A DNA stretch of 64,000 nucleotides from assembly GCA_965649765.1 (NCBI GenBank), contig OZ287753.1:72664001-72728000 (forward strand), read 5' to 3'. How positions within the stretch are numbered: the stretch's first letter is position 1; each line of letters opens with the position of its first letter. A program made the position numbers and the translations under genes. The stretch is from Bispira polyomma. Its lineage: Eukaryota. The notes under the pieces were generated by a model. The model did not search any database, was not told the DNA's origin, and was given only the letters and a program-made list of their open reading frames with translations. Positions 36,051-48,543 of the stretch are shown in pieces.

Positions 36051-39000
36051 TCCTCAACTGGCGTGGACCCTCTACTGCCCTTTGACGTTCTGAAGTGGCG
36101 TGTGCTTGTGGGAGAATATTGAAGAATTTTGTTGTTTCTATAGTGATGTCCCAGTAAAAACTCAGCCTTTGTATGCCTAGTAGCCTCTACACTGTCTGAA
36201 GTTTCCAGTCCAGGGGGTACTTTGAAGGAAGATCTTTTCTTCAGATGGTAGAGATCAACCCACGATTGTTGCAGACTCCCTACAGTCCTTTGACGGTCTG
36301 AAGTAGTGGGTGGTTGTGGACAGGGGCTAGGCCCCAGATAGGTCCCAATTTACTTACCTCCAGCATTAACGATGACAGATGGATGTTGCGGAATGCTGAA
36401 GACAGCTGCAGAGGATCTGCAGAAGATCCATCACTTTCTTGCCAGGGTGTGACTGAGAAATGAAAACAGTAAAACTCAGTACTTGTATGCCTGCCCCTAC
36501 AATGTCTGAAGTTTGCAGCATCGTCCAGTGAACCACAGAGCCAGGCGGGCCATGCGGATAGCTGTCATATCTTTTGCCCTACACAGGTATGACGATGTAA
36601 AGGTGTTTTTCTGGGTAGCCAGACGACCCTTTCTTGTTGAGGTGAGGATTGGAGCTGGCTCATTGGTGTGTCCCTGCTTAGATCAACAGTTTTTTGAGGT
36701 TTACATCCTGGGAGAAATTAAGCTTAAATTTTACTTCACTTACAAGGCAGGACGAACACAACGCTCAGTTTACCAGAGAAAGCAGAAGTTCAGACTATGA
36801 GGTCTATTCTACTACAGTTTGGGATCCAATTTCCAGAAATTTCCAAAGTTTCAAGTTTCCAGGAGATTGAATGAAGTTTCACCAGAGATTGTTTCATCTG
36901 AGGCACAGACCCTTGAATTGATCAATCTTCAAGAAAGGCAGTTTTGGAAGCTGTAGATCACAGAAGTTGTCAAATTGCTGAAAGGGCCATGTTTTTGACA
37001 GTAAAACACCTTACTTGCAGTATTTTCACAGTCTTCTCAACAGTGATCCCTACTAAAGACTGCTACGTATTGCCGGTGGCCATTTCAGCATTGCTTGAGA
37101 AGTAGTGAATGTTAACTGGCATGTGGTGCTTTTCAGAGTTGTGCGTATGATGAGATGGACTCTTCATTTTTACCAAGTAAATAAAACATATTTCAAGAGA
37201 GGTCTCAGCGTTTCCATGGTTTCAAGATTGTTTTTCACTATATGAGATACGAATTGTCAGAATGACGTCATCTGTGACGTCATTGGCAGTGTTTGGGAGA
37301 GTTCACAAACTTCCTCACGAGACGGAAATAGAGGAACTTTTACAAATATCTCTGCAAAGGATTTACTACTACAAATGGCAGAAAAGATGGGGTAAGGCTG
37401 GCTGTTATATCTCTTCTTCGGAGTTCTATACAAACGGCGAGGTTCTGACAGAACGCGACCGGCTGGCTGTCCAAGTCCATCACGTGTACAGTTGTTTTAT
37501 CTTCACCATAGGCTGATGACTTATTCTTCTTGGCAGGCCTCCTGGGAGGTTGGACCCTGCTTGGTGAATTGGTGCCGTCATTAATTCTGACTACTTTAAC
37601 TTGATTCTATATACTATTGATGTGAATACTAGTGGGTCATTAGTCTGATGTATACTTCAGCTTTAAGCTTACTTAGTCAGTCAGTACTTATGAATAGGAT
37701 TCATAGATTGATACATACTGTAGCGGATCTGGATATTAAGTCTTATACAGCTAGAGTGGAATATGTTGATTGTCTGATATCAAGCTGTGCGATATATTTA
37801 CCACTCAGTGCATATTTTATAGGCAAACTAAGCTCACTTTCTATGCATAATTAATTAACTATACAGTACCACATATTTGAGAATGGACTTATCTTATCTG
37901 TGATCAGTAAAGAGTGGGCTAGGGTGATTTTGGGTGAGCTAGAACTCAGGCACAAGCCAGAATATATAGCCTTGTTATCTTATCAGTTGATCTGTGAGCC
38001 AGAATTTGGACCGGTAAATAGACTGAAGTTACGAGAAATATATTGTTTTCACTGTGGACTTACATTATGTAATCTAGCTAGTATAAACTTTAACTGACCT
38101 TGTGTAAAGTGGTTTCTAGGGGTTTTGTTGTATAAATATTAATTCTATGTTGTTTCTGAGCCAGTTTATGGAATTAATTTGGCTGCTGTCAGCCATGTTT
38201 GACAGTTACTTGTTGATATCTTTCCAGACAGGAAGTGAAGTACGAGACTAAAACAAAGTTTAGTAGAAGTTTATATTAACAGTTTAGGGCTATTAAACAG
38301 GGTAAACTGCTTTATAAATGTTATATAATATTGTTATTTAGTATATTTAATCACCAATGATTACTTTGGCATTTATACTTGGTTCTAGAAATTTAGTTTA
38401 GCCTTAGAAATGTATTGATTAGTACAATTCTCCGTGACTGAGCACAGAGCATGTCAGATCTCCTTGGTTACAGCATACATTATATAACCTCTGTGCTCTG
38501 TGAATTTGGCGGAGTCAGTCTGGAAACTCCCTGTGTGAACAGTTATTCTTACAACTCTTCAGCATTTAGAAGTTATTAGATCAGCTTTCAGATATTAACA
38601 GTTAGTAATTTTATTTATAGTTTAATAATATTTGGGACCACTTTGATAACTCCATATATTATTTTAGGCCCATTTTGACAGATATTAATTTGGCGGTAAT
38701 TATGGTGAAGGTCATGTAAACATTACCCAAATTTGGACATCCTACTACAAATTTATCTTCTGGTAGTATTTTATAGTAAAATACAGTGAATTACTTGTGT
38801 GATATTTTTTTTTTTAACTGTTATAAACAGATGCGACAGTACAGCTAATGTACAAAATAGACTGTTCTTACTCATAGATGTCAGTACATTTATTTATTCT
38901 GTAAATATCTACTTCATGTATATAAAATTATACCCAAAATACTGACTAATATTTAAATAACTGGTTAGTGGGAAGTTTAACTACAACTAGCTGTGTAGTC

Positions 39001-39183
39001 ATTATAGTTATAAATATTATTAAATATCTTATTGTATATAAATAAATCTAGACTACTTAAGGTCATTGTTGAATTGACTGTTTTTATTTGAATAAGTCAC
39101 TTAAGGGCAACCCTATTTAAACACCTATCCAAAACTAATTAAGATCTTAAGGAAAAAAAATAATAGACAATACACACACATTC

Positions 39184-39510
39184 ACATCACTTCATAAGTA
39201 TATAGACTGCACTACAATAGGTCTATATAGAGATTAGAGAGAGACTACATCACTTCAGAAGTATATAGACTGCCCCACAATTGGTCTATATAGAGATTAG
39301 AGAGAGACTACATCACTTCAGAAGTACATAGACTGCCCCACAATTGGTCTATATAGAGATTAGAGAGAGACTACATCACTTCAGAAGTATATAGACTGCC
39401 CCACAATTGGTCTATATAGAGATTAGAGAGAGACTACATCACTTCAGAAGTATATAGACTGCACCACTATATGTCTATATAGAGATTAGAGAGAGACTAC
39501 ATCACTTTAT
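39184..39510. repeat. 63-bp tandem repeat x5 with internal hairpin
   Basis: Units at 39184, 39247, 39310, 39373, 39436; each has tatatagac...gtctatata. Confidence 0.92.
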
Positions 39511-39689
39511 AAGAGATAACTTAACTTAGATAGTCATATCTATAACGTGTGACCGCAGAAATATACTAGCTCCTACCATTTAAATAAGTAGACCGCTCGT
39601 CTGTTACAATACATACTATGTTCCTCATCTAATCCTCGACAATGTGCTACAAAATACTAAAATCTTAAAGTGGGGCTCTGTTTAAAGAC

Positions 39690-40065
39690 AAATATCCCTC
39701 CACCTTTAAGGTTGGAATCAGCACACTCTGAGGGTAAGGTAAGGTGTATTTATCGCCATAAAATGTGTACATTTTACTATAATTTATCTTTTGGTAAGAT
39801 AAATACTTACCTTATCCTCACAGGTCGGATACCCACCCGACCTTACCCACCATATTTGTGCCGAATTCAAAATAAGAATGAACATGCCACGCTATAGCCG
39901 GAAGGAAACTACCTCCGCGCATGCGCAGTGCACATTGTCGGTTGGAGAAAAAACAAGAAAAGTCTTTTTAAAAAAGCTTTAATTAAGGGTTCGAGCTTTA
40001 AATTCAAAAAAAGAATTTAGCACACTGTGAGGATAAAGTAAGGTGTATTTATCGCAATGAAATGT
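39690..40065 (+). mobile_element. DIRS-type 3' terminal module (ICR plus ITR) with no adjacent YR ORF
   Basis: Collinear with 3880-4245: ccctccacc...ggttgg, ICR 39725-39803, ccc-rich spacer, gcatgcgcagtg, gtgaggataa. Confidence 0.85.
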
Positions 40066-40265
40066 TAATTTTAAATGGCAGTGGTTCAGATGTTTGCAAG
40101 TCATATAATTATTAATTATATTCCAAGTCATTATAATTTATTTGATGATAGATGCAAACCAGTATTGATTTCGCATTTTGTAAGTAAAACTGTAGTGTAT
40201 GATAATGTTGATAATGATGTTATGTTAGATATTGAGAATATTAAATGTTCACTATATATGAGACA

Positions 40266-41975
40266 TATATACACATGAGTAACTTTAATTGTGTCAAAAG
40301 TCCATTCACATTTAGTGATTACAATTCCATGCTAGAATATTTTTGTATAAAAAATAGGTAATTTATGTAATAGTGTTGTATTTCTTATTGCAATTCTTTC
40401 TTTTTTTGGCCCTTTTTTTCCCTTTTCTTTGTGTGTTTAAATAATGTTATGTTAAAAAATATATTTATACTTTGTGTATGACAAATAAAGAATTAAAGAA
40501 ATAAAGTCCTCCCTTTCAGTATGTGCTCATATATTCACAGTTATGATAAGGTCCCAAATGAACCAGGTTAAGATTGTGGGGTATTAAGCCATAACATGGC
40601 CTTGTTTTTGCAAGTGTTCATAACTTTGTCTAATATTATGTTTTCAAAAGACAATATTTGTATGGACAACACTGGACATTTTAGTGGGTTGTGTTCATAT
40701 TTTTTGTGAAAAGTTCACATCTATTCTTCATGTTCACATATTTATGACAAAGACATACCACAAAAAATATGAACTGTGTGTCCATATATTTGTAGAATGA
40801 TTCTTAACAATCTTTAAAAAATGGGCCTCAACTAACTGTAACAGACACTTGCAATTGTTCACCTGAGCACAGCCAAGATTGTGGGGATTAAGCCATATTG
40901 TGCCTGTTTTTTACAAAATCTGTTTTTGTTATATTTTTTGTTGTTGCAATGTTCCAGATTTGTTGTGGGTTTTTTGTATACATGTATATGGCTGTTTGAT
41001 ATATTTACTGTTTACTGACAGATGTTGCCAAGCCAACATATGGAAATCCCATTAAAACATGTACTGTCCATTATTTTGGAGAATTGTTTCTATTTGTGAT
41101 GTATCAACATAAATATGGACATTGCACTTTTTGGTATTTAGTGGAACTCAAATTGGGCCTCAACTAACTGTAAATATACACTTACAGTTGTTCACCTAAG
41201 TTCACTTTGTTGTTGGAACTTAATTCTAGAATAACTGTTGTCAAGCCACATGGTTAAATTGTGGGATAATAGTTTGAAAATATGGAGAACCACCACACTT
41301 GCAGTAACTATAAACATCCCCTACTTTTTGTTATGTACGTTCATAATACAACAACGAAGGTTCGTATGTGTCCATATTTTTGTGGAAAAACCTATTCTTC
41401 ATGTTCACAGATTTAATGCAAAGACACACTCATGGCCATACCACCAAAAACATGTGAAGTAATGTCCATAAATTTGTGGAATGTTCCGCAGTTCAGCTGG
41501 CCCTATTCCAGTGGGGACTAACATTTAGAAGCCTTTGTGTACATGTAAAAATTACAGTAGATAATATGATTAGTATTAGTATTATCTTCATTTTTGGTGC
41601 TTTTGTCAAATCTTTGTGTTGTGTTTATAATGTGTAAATGTGTGTTTGTATATTATCTCCATATACCTATATTTATATATGCATATATAAATATATATAT
41701 ATTTTGCATATATATATATATATGCAAAAAGTAAAATTTTGAAATGTTTCTTAACACACCTTTTTAAAAATGATTTTAGATATTTTTTTTTTTTCAGTTT
41801 GTTTTCTGCAACAATTTAATTGTCTTTCAATTGTGTACAAACCTAAATGACTTTTACTTGTCAAGAAATATCATCTAGAGTGTACAAACAATTTACCGGT
41901 AGTGTCCACTTGCTGGTCAACAGTTGGCCCCAGTCAAAAACTCCCTCCTAGTCAACAGTTGGCACAAGTCAAATA
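40266..41975 (+). repeat. Right arm of the ~1.7-kb inverted duplication
   Basis: Reverse complement of 31963-33645; runs on into the 33-bp array. Confidence 0.93.
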
Positions 41976-43175
41976 CTCTTTGCTAGTCTACAGTTGGCCC
42001 TATGGTCAAATATTCTTCGTGGTCAACAGTTGGCCCCATAGTCAAAAACTCTGTCCTGATTGACTGCTGGTCCCATAGTCAAAACATGCTGGTTAACAGT
42101 TGGCCCCATAGTCAAAACATCCCCGCTAGTTAACAGTTGGCTCCATAGTTAAAAACTCCCTCTTGTTTAACTGTTGGTCCCATAGTCACAACTTCCCTGC
42201 CAACAGTTGGCCCCACAGTCAACAGTTGGCCCCAACAGTTGGCCCCACAGTCAAATACTCTTTGCCGGTCAATAGTTGACCCTTGACCCCATAGTTAAAA
42301 ACTCCTCGCTAGTTAACAGTTGGCTCCAGTCAAAAACTCCCTCCTGATTAACAGTTGGCTCCACAGTCAAAACATGCTGGTCAACAGTTGGCCCCACAGT
42401 CAAATACTCTTTGCTGGTCAATAGTTGACCCCATAGTTAAAAACTCCTCGCTAGTTAACAGTTGGCTCCAGTCAAAAACTCCCTCCTGATTAACAGTTGG
42501 CCCCATAGTCAAAACATACTGATCAACAGTTGGCCCCATAGTCAAAACATGCTGGTGAAAAGTTGGCCCCATAGTCAAAACATGCTGGTCAACAGTTGGC
42601 CCCATAGTCAAACATTCTGAATAACAGTTGGCCCCATAGTCAAAACATGCTGGTCAACAGTTGGCCCCATAGTAAAAAAATCCCTTCTGATTAACAGTTG
42701 GCCCCATAGTAAAAACATGCTGATCAACAGTTGGCCCCATAGTCAAAACATGCTGGTGAAGAGTTGGCCCCATAGTCAAAACATCCTGAATAACAGTTGG
42801 CCCCCTAGTCAAAACATGCTGGTCAACAGTTGGCCCCATAGTCAAAACATGCTGGTCAACAGTTGGCCCCATAGTCAAAACATCCTGAATAACAGTTGGC
42901 CCCCTAGTCAAAACATGCTGGTCAACAGTTGGCCCCATAGTCAAAAAATGCTGGTCAACAGTTGGCCCCATAGTCAAAACATGCTGGTCAACAGTTGGCC
43001 CTATAGGCAAAACATGCTGATCAACAGTGGGCCCCATAGTCAAAACATCCTGATTTATAGTTGGCCCCCATAGTAAAACATACTGGTCAACAGTTGCCCC
43101 CATAGTCAAAACATGCTGGTCAACAGTTGACCCCATAGTCAAAACATGCTGGTCAACAGTTAGGCCTAGTCAAAA
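41914..43175. repeat. 33-bp minisatellite (ggtcaacagttggccccatagtcaaaacatgct)
   Basis: Visible tandem units; 11-aa periodicity in the ORF track; units are more homogeneous distally (42500-43160). Confidence 0.95.
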
Positions 43176-43409
43176 ATATACTCCTGAATTTATATATTTT
43201 ACATGCATTATTTATATTGCTCTAATCTAATGACAATGCACTTGCTAATGTGTTTGCATCATGTGAACAATTCTGTATGTTCACATATTCCACGAGGATG
43301 GTCTTATCCAATGTGTTATCTAATGTGGCTTTACAGGTACTAAAATGTAGGATCAGGAGGTGACCAGACCAAATGCTAACCACTAGGCCTCCTGAGACCA
43401 CTCAAAGAT

Positions 43410-43620
43410 AGATTACTTTCAGTGAGAAAGTTATGCTTCTGTCCATGTCTGTTAGACTGTAATCACAAGTACACAAAAATCACAGCCAATTGACAAAAAA
43501 TAAGTGGAGGGATTTTATTTTGGAGTATCTGTGTGGATCCTGGATTTTTATCCCCTTTTTTGGCAGTACCTATTTTGTCACTTTGGCAGAGGTATTCAGT
43601 CTAAGAAGTGCTCTTCTATT
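43410..43620 (+). mobile_element. Short DINE/Helentron-like relic
   Basis: attacttt...gttatg...gtctgttag start, ggatcctggatttt middle, ttggcagaggtat...gtgctcttctatt end. Confidence 0.4.
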
Positions 43621-44644
43621 ATTACAGCATATACAAGTTTCATCCATTCTTTTCTTTAATTCTTTTAAACAAGTTTCCAAACTGCTTGTATCATATTTGA
43701 AACCTACTTGTATAGTTTTCCTTTAAGAATCCAGATCAAACTAAACTAGCCATTGGGTCACTTTAATGTGTATACTTTCTATGGACCATTTTATGTTTGC
43801 CAATAGAATTTATGATACGCATTCTATTCAAAAACAAGGTTATGCCAACAGCAGGATTAATTTGCCCTAGATGTGTAGGGACACTGATATCTTAAGGCAA
43901 TTCGTCGTATCGACTACCAATTTAAGGAGAGATCAGGTAAAATCATTGTGATCATCCATAATAGGCAGTTTAGATCCTAAAGATGCAACCCTACTCAATT
44001 TTAAGATTTCATAGCTCTGCACCAACTGGACATAACCAATAATTTTAAGGATTAATATTTTAAAGGTTGTTTGTGCCTCACACACCTGCCTTTTAAGTAC
44101 TGAAATTTATTTTTCACTTACAACTCAAGACTATATTTTTACCTTTTGTTAATTTTATAATTTGAGATACTTTTTGCTAGGCTAAAATAATACATTTTTT
44201 TCACAGGTCTAGGTGTGTAGTGAATACGAAGTATTTGTTTCACATTAAAGGTAGTTTTTAGCAAGAAATTATTGGAAATTCAGTGGGTGTTTTTCTAACA
44301 CGAGATGTTCAGCGACTATTTGTCTCGCTACAATGTGGCAAAGTTGGGATATACAGCTAGCAAGAATACTGTACTTCAACGAGTACTTCGACTCTAACTC
44401 TCTGCCCAACAATTAGCTTTAGCCCAATATTCAGCCTACTTAGAATAAGAATCATTCTTATACTCAAAATTTTTTCGGAGTGTCATATCTTTTTCATAAC
44501 TTAAGGAAGGTCTTAAATAAGAAAAAATTCCAAGTATAAGAATTTAGTGAATATCAAAAATTCTTGTACATATATTTAGAAATAATTCTAAGTATAAGAA
44601 TTATTCTCAGTATAAGAATTTTAGTGAATACAACCCCTGATCAG

Positions 44645-44737
44645 GAAATTCACCAAAAATAGAATTTAGCACACTGTGAGGATAAGGTAAGTATTTATCT
44701 TACCAAAAGATAAATTACAATAAAATTTACACATTTT
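44645..44737 (+). mobile_element. Isolated DIRS right-terminus fragment
   Basis: agaatttagcacactgtgaggataaggtaagtatttatcttaccaaaagataaattacaataaaatttacac-atttt; reverse complement of the ICR right half at 39765-39803 and shares agaatttagcacactgtgaggataa with 40012-40036. Confidence 0.85.
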
Positions 44738-44879
44738 GCATAATTTTATTGTATTATTGGTACTTTCCACGATAGAGTTAATAAATTTAACAAATCTTTT
44801 CTGAATTTGTCGACAGGAAGGTCATTAACCACAAATGGTAAGTATTTCCCATATGTTTTGCAACTTACATTCAATAATT

Positions 44880-45192
44880 TTCGCATACGCGGAAGGCGCA
44901 TAGGCAGGATTCAGAGCATTCTCCACTGCAGCTCCACAGTTATGGAACAGTCTCCCAGTCGACCTCAGATCAGTTGACACACTCATTGGTTTTAGGGAAA
45001 AGCTTAAAACCTATCTTTTTAACCTGGCTTACCCACCTTAGCTTTCCTCGTGCATGCTCCCACTTCCTTCCTTACGACTTTGCAATGTCCATAGACTTAA
45101 TGATTGGACCAATGATTCTGCTGTTGTGCTATAGAAGATGCCTAGCATCAATAAAGCGTGTTAAAAATTTATAATAATAATAATAATACAAA
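44880..45192 (+). mobile_element. L2-clade LINE 3' end with (TAA)n tail
   Basis: GFRAFSTAAPQLWNSLPVDLRS...FREKLKTYLFNLAYPP*, 3' UTR and taa repeats; tail copies at 55222-55330(-) and about 19378-19430. Confidence 0.85.
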
Positions 45193-47149
45193 CTCTTCAA
45201 GCCTTCAATACACTTTTTATTGATTTACCTGATAAATCCCAAAGGACACTTCCATATAGTGTCATAAAAGAAACATTTTTAGTAAACTATATTTGACTTG
45301 AACACAACAGTTACTGAAATTTGCTATTATAAAATTGGCTTTAGTAATAAAATTATTTGCCAGGATTAAAACACAAATAGAGCAACACAATCATAATGTA
45401 CTCGACCTGTAGGAAGACTTTGTTAAGTCTATTAACAAGTTAGAGAATTGGAATTTAGTTGGGCTTTACGTTACTTTCAATAGTTTGGATCAGTCTTTAA
45501 AATTGATAAACTAAATGTAGATCAAGTGAGATAAGATGTAGTCTTAAGGCCAAGTTGAATGTTTGAAGGTGATATGACTCCTGGAACCACTGATACTGTT
45601 TGCCCAAATTTATGTGCAAATTACTTTTTGGAAATTTACATCTGTACATAAAATTTTAAAATTCCAAAAACGGACTTACTTTTAACATAGTGAACAGAAA
45701 CTTCGACATTCATAAGAAACATTGGCCACATATAGCAAAGACCCATACATTACTGAAGCAAAATACAAACTCCCATATTTAGCATACAGGTATAATTATA
45801 TAACATAATATTTAATTCTCCATTCAGTTTAATAATCACAATAATAGTAGAAACCCCTATTCTACCAAAGCCAATCATTACCAACTACAATTTTGTAATT
45901 AGGATTAGGATTTTGTTGTTAGGATTTATACCATATAAAGGTCCATTTTAGAGATTAAGGGGGCATGCCCCCGAGGCTGGCAGTGAGTACCACAGTCTCT
46001 AAAATTGATAAACTAAGTTTAGGTCAATTGAGTCTTGAGGTGAAGTTAATTGTTAGAAGGTAATATGACGTTTATGGAAACACTGCATGATGCTGGTTGG
46101 ACAAATTTATTTACAAATTCCTTTTCGGAAATTCACATCTATACATAACATTTTGGGATTTAAGCTTTTAATATGCCAAAGCCAAACTAAAAGGAATGGG
46201 ATAACAAAAGATAACAAGATCCCATCAACATGTGACAGTGACATCTCATGTGACAGTGAATGCATCGACGATCTGATTAGAGTTTAATGATTTTTCAGTT
46301 TCCTTGCAGCTTCTATAGAATCAGCAAGGGAGGCAGGTTTATTGTGTGCAAAGGTGCTTTTTTTCCTGTCCCTTCTGCGATTGTATTCAAATGTTATTAC
46401 CATAACAAGCCAATAGTCTGACTTGAAAATTGTTGCCCATTTTTGTTCATTTTGAGGTAGGAGTAAATCCGTTTTTGTGTCCTAATAGTGGTAATTAAAC
46501 ATTATTTTGGCTAAAAATGGTGTATACATATTTTAAAATATATCCGAATACATTTAGGAAATTTTTGATTACCAAAGAACATCTGCAAGATTTTCCAAAA
46601 CATGCGACCAAAATTAGGTAAACTTTGCCATTTTTGGGCATATTTTTTTTTCTGAAATTCAACCGTTTATATATTATCCATCAAGAATATTGTTTATGTA
46701 CATTAAGTTTGTGAAGTGAATTAAGTAAATATTTTGTTATAAAAAAAAATATTTTTTTTTATTTTGTAATTTCGCCATTTTAGATTTGTTTCACTTGTAA
46801 ATTGACTGATGGTGCTCTCAATGAAGTAACAAGGTATCCGGCATGAAATGTTCAGTATAACACGCCTAGATATGCTCAGGAAACATCCCTCTTTCAAATA
46901 AAACAAGTTGAAGCGTTTGGCACACTTTATGAGTTTTTTACATGGGTTGGCTGCTCAGCTTCTATATACCATAGAATTATTTACGCCTAAGAAAACCTTT
47001 CAAAGTAGAAATAAAATGAAATAATATAGACTGAAATCTGATATATCGATTCTTAAAAACTACAAACATTTTCAAACGTTTAACTAACAAGTACTAGAAA
47101 CAAGTTGATGATTTTGGTGTGTTAAATTGTCTCTTAATATTAATCAATC

Positions 47150-48140
47150 AAGGACAGGGCATCGTCCATGGTTCATATTTCAGTCAATATGTGAAAGAAA
47201 AGTCTGATAAGAGAAAATATTCGTGATGACAGTTCAGTTATGACCAGGAGACAAAGGTTATGGCGGAAAAACAATTTGATAAAAATGTGTTTTAAGCTTT
47301 TTCCTGAAGCCTGTAATTCTGGTCTCATTGTTAAGACTAGTAGGAAAACTATTCCACTCAGCAGATGCTCCAACAGCCATTTTTTTGGGTAATAAAACCA
47401 AGGTGGAGAGACAATTTCCTCTAGTGAGAATGCTGAGACACAACATAGATAATAAGAAGGTGAGAAAATGTGTTGACACACGCTGTCAAAAATTTAACCT
47501 CAAATCATCCAGATTAATTTCCACACTGCCACAAAGTAAATGGACGAAAATTCATAGGGGAATTTAATGTGCATGCTGATTTGATAGTGCCAAAAATACT
47601 TTATTTACACCGCACATAAAATCCTATGTACATAATCCTATTCTATTAGAACATTGACATGATCTTTAAAAGCTTTATTAAATTACAAAAGTAATACTAA
47701 GGATATTTTCTTGATTATTGGTAACAAGAGCGCCAGATGTTGCCGATGTGTGTATCATATGAGAAAGCAAAGTCAATGGTGACACCAAGCTTCTTGGCAT
47801 TATCAGAGGGCTGTGTATCATTGTCCAGTAGTGCTCACTGTGTTTCTTACTACCAATGAGAAGAAATTCTATTTCGTCAGGATTAAATTCCAAGCATGTA
47901 CTGAGAAAAGGAAATCAGCAAGTAGACCCAGATTTTTGTGGGCGTTTTGGGGGTTGAGAGAGAGATAGATTTGAGTGTCGTCAGAATACATGTGGTGTTT
48001 AACGTTGTGATTACTGATAACTGTAATGAAGGGGGTGTAAAGTAAAAAGGACCGAGGAACAAACCCCTTGGGTACTCCGAAAGGCAGGCTGAATGAGGAT
48101 GAAAAGTGATCATACATTTTGGACGTTTTTGGTTCTGGCA
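47150..48140 (-). mobile_element. L2-clade LINE, RT fragments
   Basis: LPFGVPKG, HMYSDDTQIYLS, FNPDEIEFLLIG, WNSFP...FRKKLKTHF...FPP*. Confidence 0.8.
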
Positions 48141-48543
48141 TTCAGATAGTATCTTATCCAATCTAGGACTGTTTAGTCCAAATTTTGTACGCAGACTGGT
48201 GAAAGCTAGTAAGTTTTTGTTTTTTGCGTTTGTTAGTAATACAAGTTTACTTGAGTGAAGATATAGTAAGAATATGTACATATTTGAATGCAATAAGTTG
48301 GCATCAGTATTAGAAGGAATTCTCCTGAGTAAAAGTGAGTTCTTGTTTAAGTGCTTTCATACAGCCTTCATTGGATTTTGATCTTGAGGTAAGTTTGTCA
48401 CTGTAGTAACCAAATAACTAAAAGTCTTGTATCTTTCACACTAGTATGGGATAACAATTTATTGTCTTGGTTTTAAGACCTTTTTTTCTCTTCTGATTTT
48501 AATAATTATTGAACCTTTGACCATTCTTTCCAGTAATATATGA

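Noticed and set aside
30016-40065. Left ITR at 30016 and right module at 39690-40065 as two ends of one interrupted element
   Set aside because: The ITR bodies differ considerably; 30016 resembles 4115-4243 more closely. Not fully excluded, since the extreme termini do match.
42381-43142. ORFs with MGPTVDQHVLT repeats
   Set aside because: Translation of the 33-bp minisatellite; degenerate units break the frame.
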